DNA from: an uncultured virus (IMG/VR IMGVR_UViG_3300005530_000001)
Lineage: Duplodnaviria > Heunggongvirae > Uroviricota > Caudoviricetes
Virus record (IMG/VR): IMGVR_UViG_3300005530_000001
Reading direction: 5' to 3' (one strand)
DNA: 63,225 nt
Positions 38,869 to 46,455 of the stretch are shown here, one piece after another. A program made the position numbers and the translations under genes. The notes under the pieces were generated by a model. It searched no databases. It was not told the DNA's origin and saw only the letters and a program-made list of their open reading frames with translations. Each line of letters begins with the position of its first letter. Within the stretch, counting starts at the first letter, position 1.

Positions 38869-40851
38869 GTGCTGGGCGAGGGCGCGGTGAGCCCGTGTCG
38901 GGCCGTCTCGCTCGGCGGGCGCACGGTCTGCCTCGCGCATCTGCAGGAGTTCGCCTACGAGGCCGACTGCCGGTGGATCACCAAGAACGGCCACCGCATC
39001 TGCATCTCGCCGGGCCACGGCAACCATGCCTCCGCGCTGGGCACGGTCGACCCGGTGAGCGGCAAGCCGATCCTGCAGGTGAGCAACGACAAGGCCGTGC
39101 TCCTGGATCGCGCCCACAAGGCCGAGCCGGTGCTGGCGGGGCTGCTCAAGGAACTGACCCGGGAGAGTGGCGGGCAGGTGGTCGGCGTGCGCTCCAAGGC
39201 CGACGGCCCGCGGCTCGAACGCAAGCTCGCCAATCGCCCGGCCGCCGCGGTCTCCGATTATCTGGGCGGGCGCGTGGCGTTTCAGTCGCCCGAGGAACTG
39301 GAGAAGTTCAAGGCGCTGCTCTCGCCGCCCAAGTACCAGGTGATCGCGGACGAGAACTTCCTGAACGCGCCGAAGATCGGCTACCGCGCCGAGCATCTCC
39401 AGGTGCTGCTCCCGGGCGGGATCTCCGCCGAGATCCAGCTAGTCCCAGCCCCGATCGCGACCGTGCAGGACAAGGCGCACGCCGCCTACGAGGTGCTCGG
39501 GGAGAAGACGGCGAGTGAGGCCGACGTGCGCGCCGCGATTGCGCGCAGCGAGCAGATCTTCAACGAGTCGTGGCAGGCCGATCCGGCCTGGTCGAAGCGA
39601 ACGCTGCGGGAAGCTCAGGAGGCGACGCCGAGCCGCTTCAACGTCTCGGGCCCGGCGGGAGGGGCGACGAACACGTCACGGAGCACGAGGGAGTCGGTCG
39701 GGTCGGGGCCCCAGCCGTCCGGCCCCCACACCTCGATGACCGCGAGCCCGTCACGCGCGACGACGCGCGCTACGGTGCCATCCAGAATGCTGGGCGGGCA
39801 CATGACGTTACCAGGCATGGGGACACCACATACCCCAAGTATAGCAGGCGCGCTGGCCGAGGCGCTCCATCCCGGCGAGGTCTGCCGCTGGGTCACCATC
39901 GGCGGGCGAGCGGTCTGCATCCAGGGCCCCGCGCGCGAGGCGGCCCGGGCCCAGGACGTGGAGATCACGCCCGACAATATCCAGCAGTTCGCCGGGAGCC
40001 TGCGCCTCACGGCGGCCGACGTGCCTGACACCTGGACGATCTTCGACCGAGCCCAGTTCGATGCCTTGGGCGACCGCGGCATGCTCCTCCCCCTGGCCAA
40101 GGTGGTGAGTACCAAGGACGAACTCACCGATCCGAAGTTCCTGGCCGGGCAGAAGCCGGACCCGCGGGCGACGGTCCTGGCGCGCTTTGCGGATGCCGCG
40201 GCGGGCACGCTCGCGAAGCGGGCCCCCATCACCGTGGAGCCGCGCGACGGGCGCTACTACGTCAAGGACGGCAACGCCACCGTGCAGGTGCTCATGCTGG
40301 CGGGGCGGAGGCTCGTGCCTGCGCAGATCTTGCAGCCCGGGACCCAGCAGGAGGCCGCCGACGACTGCCACTGGGTCACCATCGGGGGCCGTCGCATCTG
40401 CATCACGGGCGGGCACAGTCACCCCGGCCGGGCGTCGGCCCCACCCTCCCCGCGGCCGGGCGCGCACGAGTCGACCCTGGTCGACCGCCTCAAGACTCCG
40501 GACGGGGGCTTTACCTACAACGCCACCGACAACAGCGAGCCCAGCCGGGGCTTCGCGGTGAGCCCCTACCCCGACCGCTCCAAGGTGTTCGCTGCCGCCA
40601 GCCTCTCGGAAGACGACCTGACGGGCTACATCGTCAAGAACTGGGACCTGCTGCAGCAGCCGGGGCACCACCTCGGCGCCTGGCACGATCCGAAGACCGG
40701 CAAGATCTTCCTCGACATCTCGGTAGTGAAGAACTCCGCCAAGGCGGCCAAGGCGCTGGCGCTCAAGCGCGACCAGATCGCCTACTTCGACCTGGGCAAG
40801 GGGGTCTCGGTTGACGTGAACCGGCAAGCCAAATCGGGGCAGGCCCCTTGA
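38869..40851 (+). CDS. Multi-effector polyprotein: RelA/SpoT synthetase-like + ParB-like + SAM-lyase-like domains, each preceded by the tag
   Basis: RSK...SDYLGGR...GYRAEH...AEIQ (SAS motifs); PITV...YYVKDGN; GGFT...GAWHD...FLDIS...DQIAYFD; four tags. Confidence 0.75.
   Translation: MLGEGAVSPCRAVSLGGRTVCLAHLQEFAYEADCRWITKNGHRICISPGHGNHASALGTVDPVSGKPILQVSNDKAVLLDRAHKAEPVLAGLLKELTRESGGQVVGVRSKADGPRLERKLANRPAAAVSDYLGGRVAFQSPEELEKFKALLSPPKYQVIADENFLNAPKIGYRAEHLQVLLPGGISAEIQLVPAPIATVQDKAHAAYEVLGEKTASEADVRAAIARSEQIFNESWQADPAWSKRTLREAQEATPSRFNVSGPAGGATNTSRSTRESVGSGPQPSGPHTSMTASPSRATTRATVPSRMLGGHMTLPGMGTPHTPSIAGALAEALHPGEVCRWVTIGGRAVCIQGPAREAARAQDVEITPDNIQQFAGSLRLTAADVPDTWTIFDRAQFDALGDRGMLLPLAKVVSTKDELTDPKFLAGQKPDPRATVLARFADAAAGTLAKRAPITVEPRDGRYYVKDGNATVQVLMLAGRRLVPAQILQPGTQQEAADDCHWVTIGGRRICITGGHSHPGRASAPPSPRPGAHESTLVDRLKTPDGGFTYNATDNSEPSRGFAVSPYPDRSKVFAAASLSEDDLTGYIVKNWDLLQQPGHHLGAWHDPKTGKIFLDISVVKNSAKAAKALALKRDQIAYFDLGKGVSVDVNRQAKSGQAP
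39615..39818 (-). CDS. Nested antisense gene (67 aa), candidate antitoxin of the RelA/SpoT domain
   Basis: MPGNVMCPPSILDGTVARVVARDGLAVIEVWGPDGWGPDPTDSLVLRDVFVAPPAGPETLKRLGVAS is globular-looking while the + frame here is an S/T/P/G-rich shadow; has its own promoter motif. Confidence 0.6.
   Translation of the reverse strand: MPGNVMCPPSILDGTVARVVARDGLAVIEVWGPDGWGPDPTDSLVLRDVFVAPPAGPETLKRLGVAS
39838..39846 (-). promoter_or_regulatory. Extended -10 promoter for the nested antisense gene
   Basis: Reverse complement TGCTATACT (TGnTAtAcT) about 20 nt upstream of ATG 39818. Confidence 0.6.
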
Positions 40852-40860
40852 CATTGACTG

Positions 40861-40874
40861 TGCTATCCTGGAGG
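40861..40874 (+). promoter_or_regulatory. Extended -10 plus RBS for a small downstream gene
   Basis: TGCTATCCT followed immediately by GGAGG. Confidence 0.45.
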
Positions 40875-40878
40875 CACT

Positions 40879-41025
40879 ATGGCCGAGAAGCTGAAGCTCG
40901 TGATCGTGAAGCCGACCGCGGAAGGCGTCGCCACGCTCCTGCGCAAGCTCACCGGCAAGGAGCCGGACCTGGCGAAGATCCGCGAAGGGCTCAAGCCGAT
41001 CGCGGACACGGAGCGGCCCGCCTAG
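40879..41025 (+). CDS. 48-aa protein (not in ORF track), candidate immunity protein
   Basis: MAEKLKLVIVKPTAEGVATLLRKLTGKEPDLAKIREGLKPIADTERPA; GGAGG RBS. Confidence 0.65.
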   Translation: MAEKLKLVIVKPTAEGVATLLRKLTGKEPDLAKIREGLKPIADTERPA

Positions 41026-41053
41026 CTGCCCCACGCGTGGCGCCGGGGGCGGC

Positions 41054-41604
41054 ATGATCAGCCTGCCCGGCGCCATCCCCCTCACGCAGTCGCCCGACCT
41101 GGAGTTCCGTTTCGGGCGGGACGTGATCGCCAAGCTCGACAGCGTCACCCGTCCGGCCACCGGCCGCTCCTGGTGCGGCATTCGTGTGGTGGTCGATGAG
41201 TGCATGCCGCCCGAGGTCTGGCGGCTGTTCGCGGGCACCCGCATGGTCGCGACCAACGAGTGTCGCTCGACGCACGGGGGCGCCGGGTACGCGGCGGGCA
41301 GTGAGATCGAGGTCTACGAAGGCGAGCGGTTCGTGCGCTGCGGGGGCTGCGGCACGCGGGTGCCCTACGTGGCGGGGCGCGGGCTGTGAGCGAGGGAGCG
41401 CCACTGGAGGCGCCGATCCATCTCCGGCGCGAAGACATCGTCACGCTGGAGCAGGTGCACGCCCTCGTGGGCGATGGGCCCCCGGACGACTGGGAGGCGC
41501 GCGTCCTCGGCGCGGCCAGTCTTGATCCGCGGCGGTATCGCCTGGAGCGGCTCCACGCGCTCTGCGCGTTCCGCATCGTGCGGCGCACGGCGACGACCCC
41601 GTGA
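41054..41604 (+). CDS. Two hypothetical proteins (41054-41389; 41386-41604)
   Basis: Coupled ORFs. Confidence 0.5.
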
Positions 41605-42524
41605 GTCGCCCGCTCCGCTCCGTCCTCATCGGCGACGTCGACCACTACCCGAGCGAGTACGCCTTCGGCGTCAACCAGGCCATGACCATGGCCGGGCATT
41701 GGCACACGAGCGTGAACATCCGCCTGGACATGGGGGCGATCGCCAAGCGCGTGCGCGAGATGCAGCCCGACATCATCTGGGGGCACATGCTGCTCTGGGC
41801 CCCGGGCGATCACTACAAGACACCCGATCTCCTCGACCTCTGCGCGGCGTGGCGCAAGCGCGGCACGCGCGTGCTCCTGCACGACGGCGATGCGCGCACG
41901 GACACCCGCTGTCCGATGGACGTCTCTACCGCCATCGACCTGGCCCTCTGCAATCACCGGGCCCCGCGGACGGTCTGGCACATCCCGCAACTGCACTGGC
42001 CCTACTTCTGCTTCTGGCAGGAGGCGCGCGTCGAGCCAGTGCCGGAGTTTCAGTGCGACCTCGCCTTCGCGGGGCGTCTGGATGGCAGCGGGATCTACCA
42101 GCACCGCACCGAGTTGGTGCTGCAGTTGAAGGACAAGCTGGGCGACCGCATGAAGATCTTCCCGGGGGGTGACCAGCACACCGTCTTCCGCACGCCCGAG
42201 GTGGCGGCGAGCGCCAAGGCGGTGCTCGGCTACGGCCGCCCGGGGCGGAACGGCTGGCTCGACGTGCGCGTCTTCCAGTATCCCGGGGCGGGCGCGATCC
42301 TGCTCCACGACGACGTGGGCGAGATGCTCAAGCCCCACGCCCACTACATCCCCTACGAGTCCGGCAGTGTCGACGCGATCCTGGCCGCACTCGATCTGGT
42401 GACGAGCATGTCGGACAAAGCTCAGCACGACTTCCGGTGGCTTGCCTTCAGCTATACCCAAGCGATGCACTCGGCCTCGGCGCGCGTGAAGCAGGCGCTC
42501 GAAGCGGTCGGGCTGCACGCGTAA
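41601..42524 (+). CDS. GT-B glycosyltransferase (CgeB-like)
   Basis: CDLAFAG...YQHRTEL...ASAKAVLG...RVFQYPGAGAILL. Confidence 0.8.
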   Translation: MSRPLRSVLIGDVDHYPSEYAFGVNQAMTMAGHWHTSVNIRLDMGAIAKRVREMQPDIIWGHMLLWAPGDHYKTPDLLDLCAAWRKRGTRVLLHDGDARTDTRCPMDVSTAIDLALCNHRAPRTVWHIPQLHWPYFCFWQEARVEPVPEFQCDLAFAGRLDGSGIYQHRTELVLQLKDKLGDRMKIFPGGDQHTVFRTPEVAASAKAVLGYGRPGRNGWLDVRVFQYPGAGAILLHDDVGEMLKPHAHYIPYESGSVDAILAALDLVTSMSDKAQHDFRWLAFSYTQAMHSASARVKQALEAVGLHA

Positions 42525-42539
42525 AAAGGGAGATTCTCC

Positions 42540-42764
42540 ATGCCGCTCGTCCTCTCGCCCGGGCTGATCGTCCTGGTCGCCCTCGTGGTGCTCATCGTGG
42601 TCCTGGTCGGGCGGCAGGAGCAGCCGCCGATGACGCCGACCCGGACCTTCCTGATCCTGGCCGCGCTCTGCTTCGTCTTCGCCACGCTCGGCCTGCCCTG
42701 GGTCCCATGGCTGCCGCTCGGGCTCTTCTGCCTCGTGGCCGCGCAGTTGGTGAGCCCGCGGTGA
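42540..42764 (+). CDS. Small multi-TM membrane protein (holin-like topology, function unproven)
   Basis: Three hydrophobic segments; GGGAG RBS. Confidence 0.5.
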   Translation: MPLVLSPGLIVLVALVVLIVVLVGRQEQPPMTPTRTFLILAALCFVFATLGLPWVPWLPLGLFCLVAAQLVSPR

Positions 42765-42994
42765 TCCCGCGCAACAAGCGCCTGATCGTCACCCCGGAGC
42801 CGCTGACCCGGATCATCCAGCTACCGGACGGGACGCCCGACGGGGGCACGGTCGGGATCATCCAGGCCGTCGCGCCGGGCTCAGATTTCAAGGTGGGGCA
42901 GCGCATCGCGTACAATCGGGCGGAGACGATTCTGATCGACGGCGAGCCCGTGATCCTGGTGCCGGAGGAAAGTGTCCTGGTGGTGCTCGGATGA
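42761..42994 (+). CDS. groES: GroES/Cpn10-like co-chaperonin
   Basis: IPRNKRLIV...IIQLPD...GIIQAVAPG...KVGQRI...IDGEPVILVPEESVLVVL. Confidence 0.75.
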   Translation: MIPRNKRLIVTPEPLTRIIQLPDGTPDGGTVGIIQAVAPGSDFKVGQRIAYNRAETILIDGEPVILVPEESVLVVLG

Positions 42995-43206
42995 AGGATC
43001 TGCTGCTGAAGCTCTGGGGCTGGGTCCTGGGCGTTCCCACCTACCGCTTCTATCTGACCGAACAGGATCGCGTGGTGCGGCGCCTGGCCGCGCGGCCGTT
43101 CGCCGAGGCCCGGCAGCATGGCCACTGCCCGGTCTGCTTGGGCGAGGCGTCCCACGGCACGCACGGCATGCACTGCCCCACCTGTGGCGTCATGGGCCTG
43201 CCGTGA
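42991..43206 (+). CDS. Small Zn-ribbon protein
   Basis: CPVC...CPTCG. Confidence 0.55.
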   Translation: MKDLLLKLWGWVLGVPTYRFYLTEQDRVVRRLAARPFAEARQHGHCPVCLGEASHGTHGMHCPTCGVMGLP

Positions 43207-44555
43207 CGGGGGCCGCCGTGATGACGGTGCGCTCGGAGTCGCCCTACGCCACCGCCGTCTTCCGCGCCGCGGTGGACTGCGCGCGGCTGCGGCTGCCCGA
43301 CCTGCCGCTGGTGCTGGTCGATGACTGCAGCCCCGAGCCCGGCCTGCGCGCGGCGCTCGCGGACTGGGATCGCCACGGGCCCGACATCCATGTGATCTAC
43401 ATGGGCGCCCCGCGCGCGGTCGGCCTATATCAGCCGCCCCAGGACGTGCAGCCGGGCCCGACCAGCTACGGCCATGCGCCGAGCCTCGACCGCGGGCTCT
43501 GGTACGCCTACCACGTGCTCCACGCGCCGTGGGCCCTGACGCTCGACGGCGACGTCTTCCTCCTGGCGGAGGACATGCCTGCGCGCGTGGCCGCGGCGGC
43601 GGCCCATCTCTCGGACGACTGCGTGGTGGCGGGCGAGTGGGTCGGGACGCCGAGCGACTACCAGGCCGTCCACTGGTGCGATGCCGTCGGGCACAGCACC
43701 AACGGGCACGTCACCCCCAAGGCGCTGGAGCCGGTCGGCAGCGCCATCCGCGCCTACGGCTACATCAACAAGCAGTGCTCGCTCGTGTATCTGCCGCAGT
43801 TCTGGCATCCGCTCGCCGAGCCCTTGCAGAACTCGGGCTGGGTCTCCAACACCTGGTTCTACTCGCAGATGGCGCTCGGGCGGCGGGCGTGGTACGTGCC
43901 CTTCTTTCGCGATGAGACCGCCGTGCACCTGGGCGCCGTCGCGGTGGCGCCCGGCCGCGGCTGGGGCGAGACGGGCAACGTGGAGGGGCGCCGCTACGGC
44001 CAGAAGCACGGCGGCAACTACTACGCCGGATACCTGCAGATCCCGGACCTGCCGAGCTTTCAGCAGAAGCTGGCCGCGCGCTCGCCCGGCGAGCCGGTCC
44101 CGCGCGCCTGGTTTCGCGCGCCCGCGGATCAGAGCCCCGAGTACCCCTGGCGCTATCTCCGCTACGGCACCGCGCCCGCCCAGCCGCTGATCGAGGACCA
44201 GACGCTCACCTTCGAGTGGGTCGACCGGCCCTCGGGCGATACGGTGGTGGCGCACGCCGAGACGGTGCTGGAGGGCGAGGTCTGTCGGATCGTCACCGTC
44301 GACGGGGAGCCCACCGCGGCGCGCGAGTGCTACCAGGAACTCTTCGAGCACACCACGGCGCTGCGCCGCAGTCGCGTGTGGACGCCCACCGCGCTGGCCA
44401 CGCGCCTCACCGTGGACCGGCAGGTGGACGAGCAGGTCGACGGTTACAACGTCTTCTTCTGGCGGCACATCATTCGCAGCGGGCCCCGGTGGCGCTGGGC
44501 CGAGCACTTCGGCTGGGGCAACGCCGGGCGCCGCGTCCTGGAGACGGCGGCATGA
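43203..44555 (+). CDS. GT2-like glycosyltransferase with extra C-terminal domain
   Basis: LVLVDDCSP, HAPSLDRG, LTLDGDVF (DxD), VHLG. Confidence 0.75.
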   Translation: MTGAAVMTVRSESPYATAVFRAAVDCARLRLPDLPLVLVDDCSPEPGLRAALADWDRHGPDIHVIYMGAPRAVGLYQPPQDVQPGPTSYGHAPSLDRGLWYAYHVLHAPWALTLDGDVFLLAEDMPARVAAAAAHLSDDCVVAGEWVGTPSDYQAVHWCDAVGHSTNGHVTPKALEPVGSAIRAYGYINKQCSLVYLPQFWHPLAEPLQNSGWVSNTWFYSQMALGRRAWYVPFFRDETAVHLGAVAVAPGRGWGETGNVEGRRYGQKHGGNYYAGYLQIPDLPSFQQKLAARSPGEPVPRAWFRAPADQSPEYPWRYLRYGTAPAQPLIEDQTLTFEWVDRPSGDTVVAHAETVLEGEVCRIVTVDGEPTAARECYQELFEHTTALRRSRVWTPTALATRLTVDRQVDEQVDGYNVFFWRHIIRSGPRWRWAEHFGWGNAGRRVLETAA

Positions 44556-45697
44556 AGGTCTACGACGAACTGAATCTCCTCGATCCGAAAGTCGTCGTGG
44601 GCCAGCACGGCATCTGGCTGCCCGACCAGCAGATCAAGGTCCCGTTCCAGTGGGGCGGCTCGATCCAGAAGTACCAGAAGATCACCGAGCAGCGCTACGA
44701 CCGGACGCTCATCGGCGAAGAGGTCGCGCTCCTGCGGGCGCTGCACATGATGGGCTGGGCGCCGCGTATCGGGGACTGGGTCTACTTCAAGACCGTGATC
44801 AGCACGCACCCCGGCGGCTGGTGGGCCGATCCCTGCGGGGCCTACGGCTACGAGATGGCGGATGCGCGCCAGGGCCCGGCCGGAAGCTACACGTTCGAGG
44901 CCTTCCGCGACTCGGGCCTGGTGACGGGCACGCCCGGGGCCTGGAACGATCTGAAGAAGCCGGGCAACACCGTCAACGGCTACCTGATCGACGTGCGACG
45001 CAGCGGCTGGGATCGGCTGCGCTGGCGGGCCGAGCCCGAGCCCGTGCCCGTCTACGAAGAGCCGCGCGACACTCTCATCGCCGATCTGATGCGCGAGGGG
45101 CAGTTCCCCTTCCGGGAGCGGAGCCAGGCGTACCAGGAGTTCCTGTTGGGCGGCGAGTGGCACGCGGCGGAGCGCGAGGTGCGCCAGCGCGCGGAGATCC
45201 TCGGCTTCCAGCCCTGGCACGGCGAGACCATCCTCGACATCGGCACGCAGTTGGGGGGCTTTCTCACCTACGCCGCCACGCGCCTGTCGCGCCCCCATCA
45301 CGCCGAGTACGTGGGGCTCGACGTGCAACCCGAGTACGTCGGCCTCGCCCGCCGCCTGGCCCGGGCCAACGGGTTCAACCTCTGCTTCCGGGAGTTGAAC
45401 GCCTTCGTGGAGCCCTACGAAGTGAGCCGCTGGCTGGCGGACCTCTGGCCGGGCGGGGTCGGCCACTGCCTGCTGCTGAGCATGCTGAAACACCTGCCCC
45501 ACGGGGAAGCCGACATCTGGGCCCTCTACCATGCGCTCCGGCCCAAGCACTACTACCTGGAGACCAACGCGGTGAAGGACGGCGCCGAGCCCCCGCTGCA
45601 CCAGGGCGTGAAGCTCCGGGGCGGGGTCCTCACGGGCTGGTCGGCGGATCGCAACCGTCGGGCCTGCTACAAGATCACCCGCCGGGAGGATGCATGA
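44552..45697 (+). CDS. Two-domain protein: kinase-like N-terminus plus class I methyltransferase
   Basis: IKV...EEVALL...YEMAD...NDLKKPGNTVNGYLID; ILDIGTQLGGF...VGLD...LLLSMLKHL...YYLET. Confidence 0.6.
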   Translation: MKVYDELNLLDPKVVVGQHGIWLPDQQIKVPFQWGGSIQKYQKITEQRYDRTLIGEEVALLRALHMMGWAPRIGDWVYFKTVISTHPGGWWADPCGAYGYEMADARQGPAGSYTFEAFRDSGLVTGTPGAWNDLKKPGNTVNGYLIDVRRSGWDRLRWRAEPEPVPVYEEPRDTLIADLMREGQFPFRERSQAYQEFLLGGEWHAAEREVRQRAEILGFQPWHGETILDIGTQLGGFLTYAATRLSRPHHAEYVGLDVQPEYVGLARRLARANGFNLCFRELNAFVEPYEVSRWLADLWPGGVGHCLLLSMLKHLPHGEADIWALYHALRPKHYYLETNAVKDGAEPPLHQGVKLRGGVLTGWSADRNRRACYKITRREDA

Positions 45698-46455
45698 CCG
45701 ACGACGCCGCCACCCCCGAGACGCCGCCCGATCCGCGCGCGGCCCTGCCCGTCCGCCGTCGCACGCGCGTGCGCGGCCGTCGCGTGCGCGCCTTCATGGG
45801 CGTGCCCGGGCTCATGCCGCGGGAGATCGACTTCCTCAAGGCCTTCATCCGCCACTACCAGCGGACCGGGCGCTGGAATGCGTCGCTGGCCGCGATCACC
45901 ATCGGCCTCTCCCCGAACGGGGCCAACACCGAGGGCCATCGCATCCTGCACCTGCCCCACGTCAAGCTCGCGTGGGAGGCCTGGATGCAGAAGGCCGACC
46001 GGGCCGCCGACATCGAGCCCGGCGAGGCCACGATCCGCCATCGCCAGCACCTGGAGGCCCTCGCCCACTCCAACATTCTCGACGGCTCCAGCCTGGTCGC
46101 GGACGAGCAAGGCAACCTGCGCTTTCAGATCCTGCCGAGCGCGCAGTGGTCGACCGCCTTCGCGCGCGCGGTGAAGCGGATCAAGCAGAAGGAGACGATC
46201 CGCACCATCGACGCGGAGCGGAATCTCACCGAGACCACGATCGAGTTGGAGTTCGAGCTACACGACAAGAACGCGGCCCTCCGGCTCGAAGCCCAGGAGC
46301 GCGGGCTCGCGAAGGGCAACAAGGTCCTCCTGCCCGACGGCACGGAGATGGAGACCGAGGGGGGTATTCACGTCTATCAGGTGAACCGCTTCGAGTTGCC
46401 CGACAACGGGCGCGGCCCGAAGCCGGTGGCCGTGGCGAATGGCGCGCCCAGCTAA
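45694..46455 (+). CDS. terS: Terminase small subunit
   Basis: FIRHY...NASLAAITIG...RILHLPHV; RAVKRIKQKE...EFELHDKNAAL; directly upstream of terL. Confidence 0.8.
   Translation: MTDDAATPETPPDPRAALPVRRRTRVRGRRVRAFMGVPGLMPREIDFLKAFIRHYQRTGRWNASLAAITIGLSPNGANTEGHRILHLPHVKLAWEAWMQKADRAADIEPGEATIRHRQHLEALAHSNILDGSSLVADEQGNLRFQILPSAQWSTAFARAVKRIKQKETIRTIDAERNLTETTIELEFELHDKNAALRLEAQERGLAKGNKVLLPDGTEMETEGGIHVYQVNRFELPDNGRGPKPVAVANGAPS

Noticed and set aside
9518..45697. Glycosyltransferases as a DNA hypermodification system
   Set aside because: No hydroxymethylase, TET/JBP or phage DNA polymerase seen in the window; not excluded, but less supported than virion glycosylation
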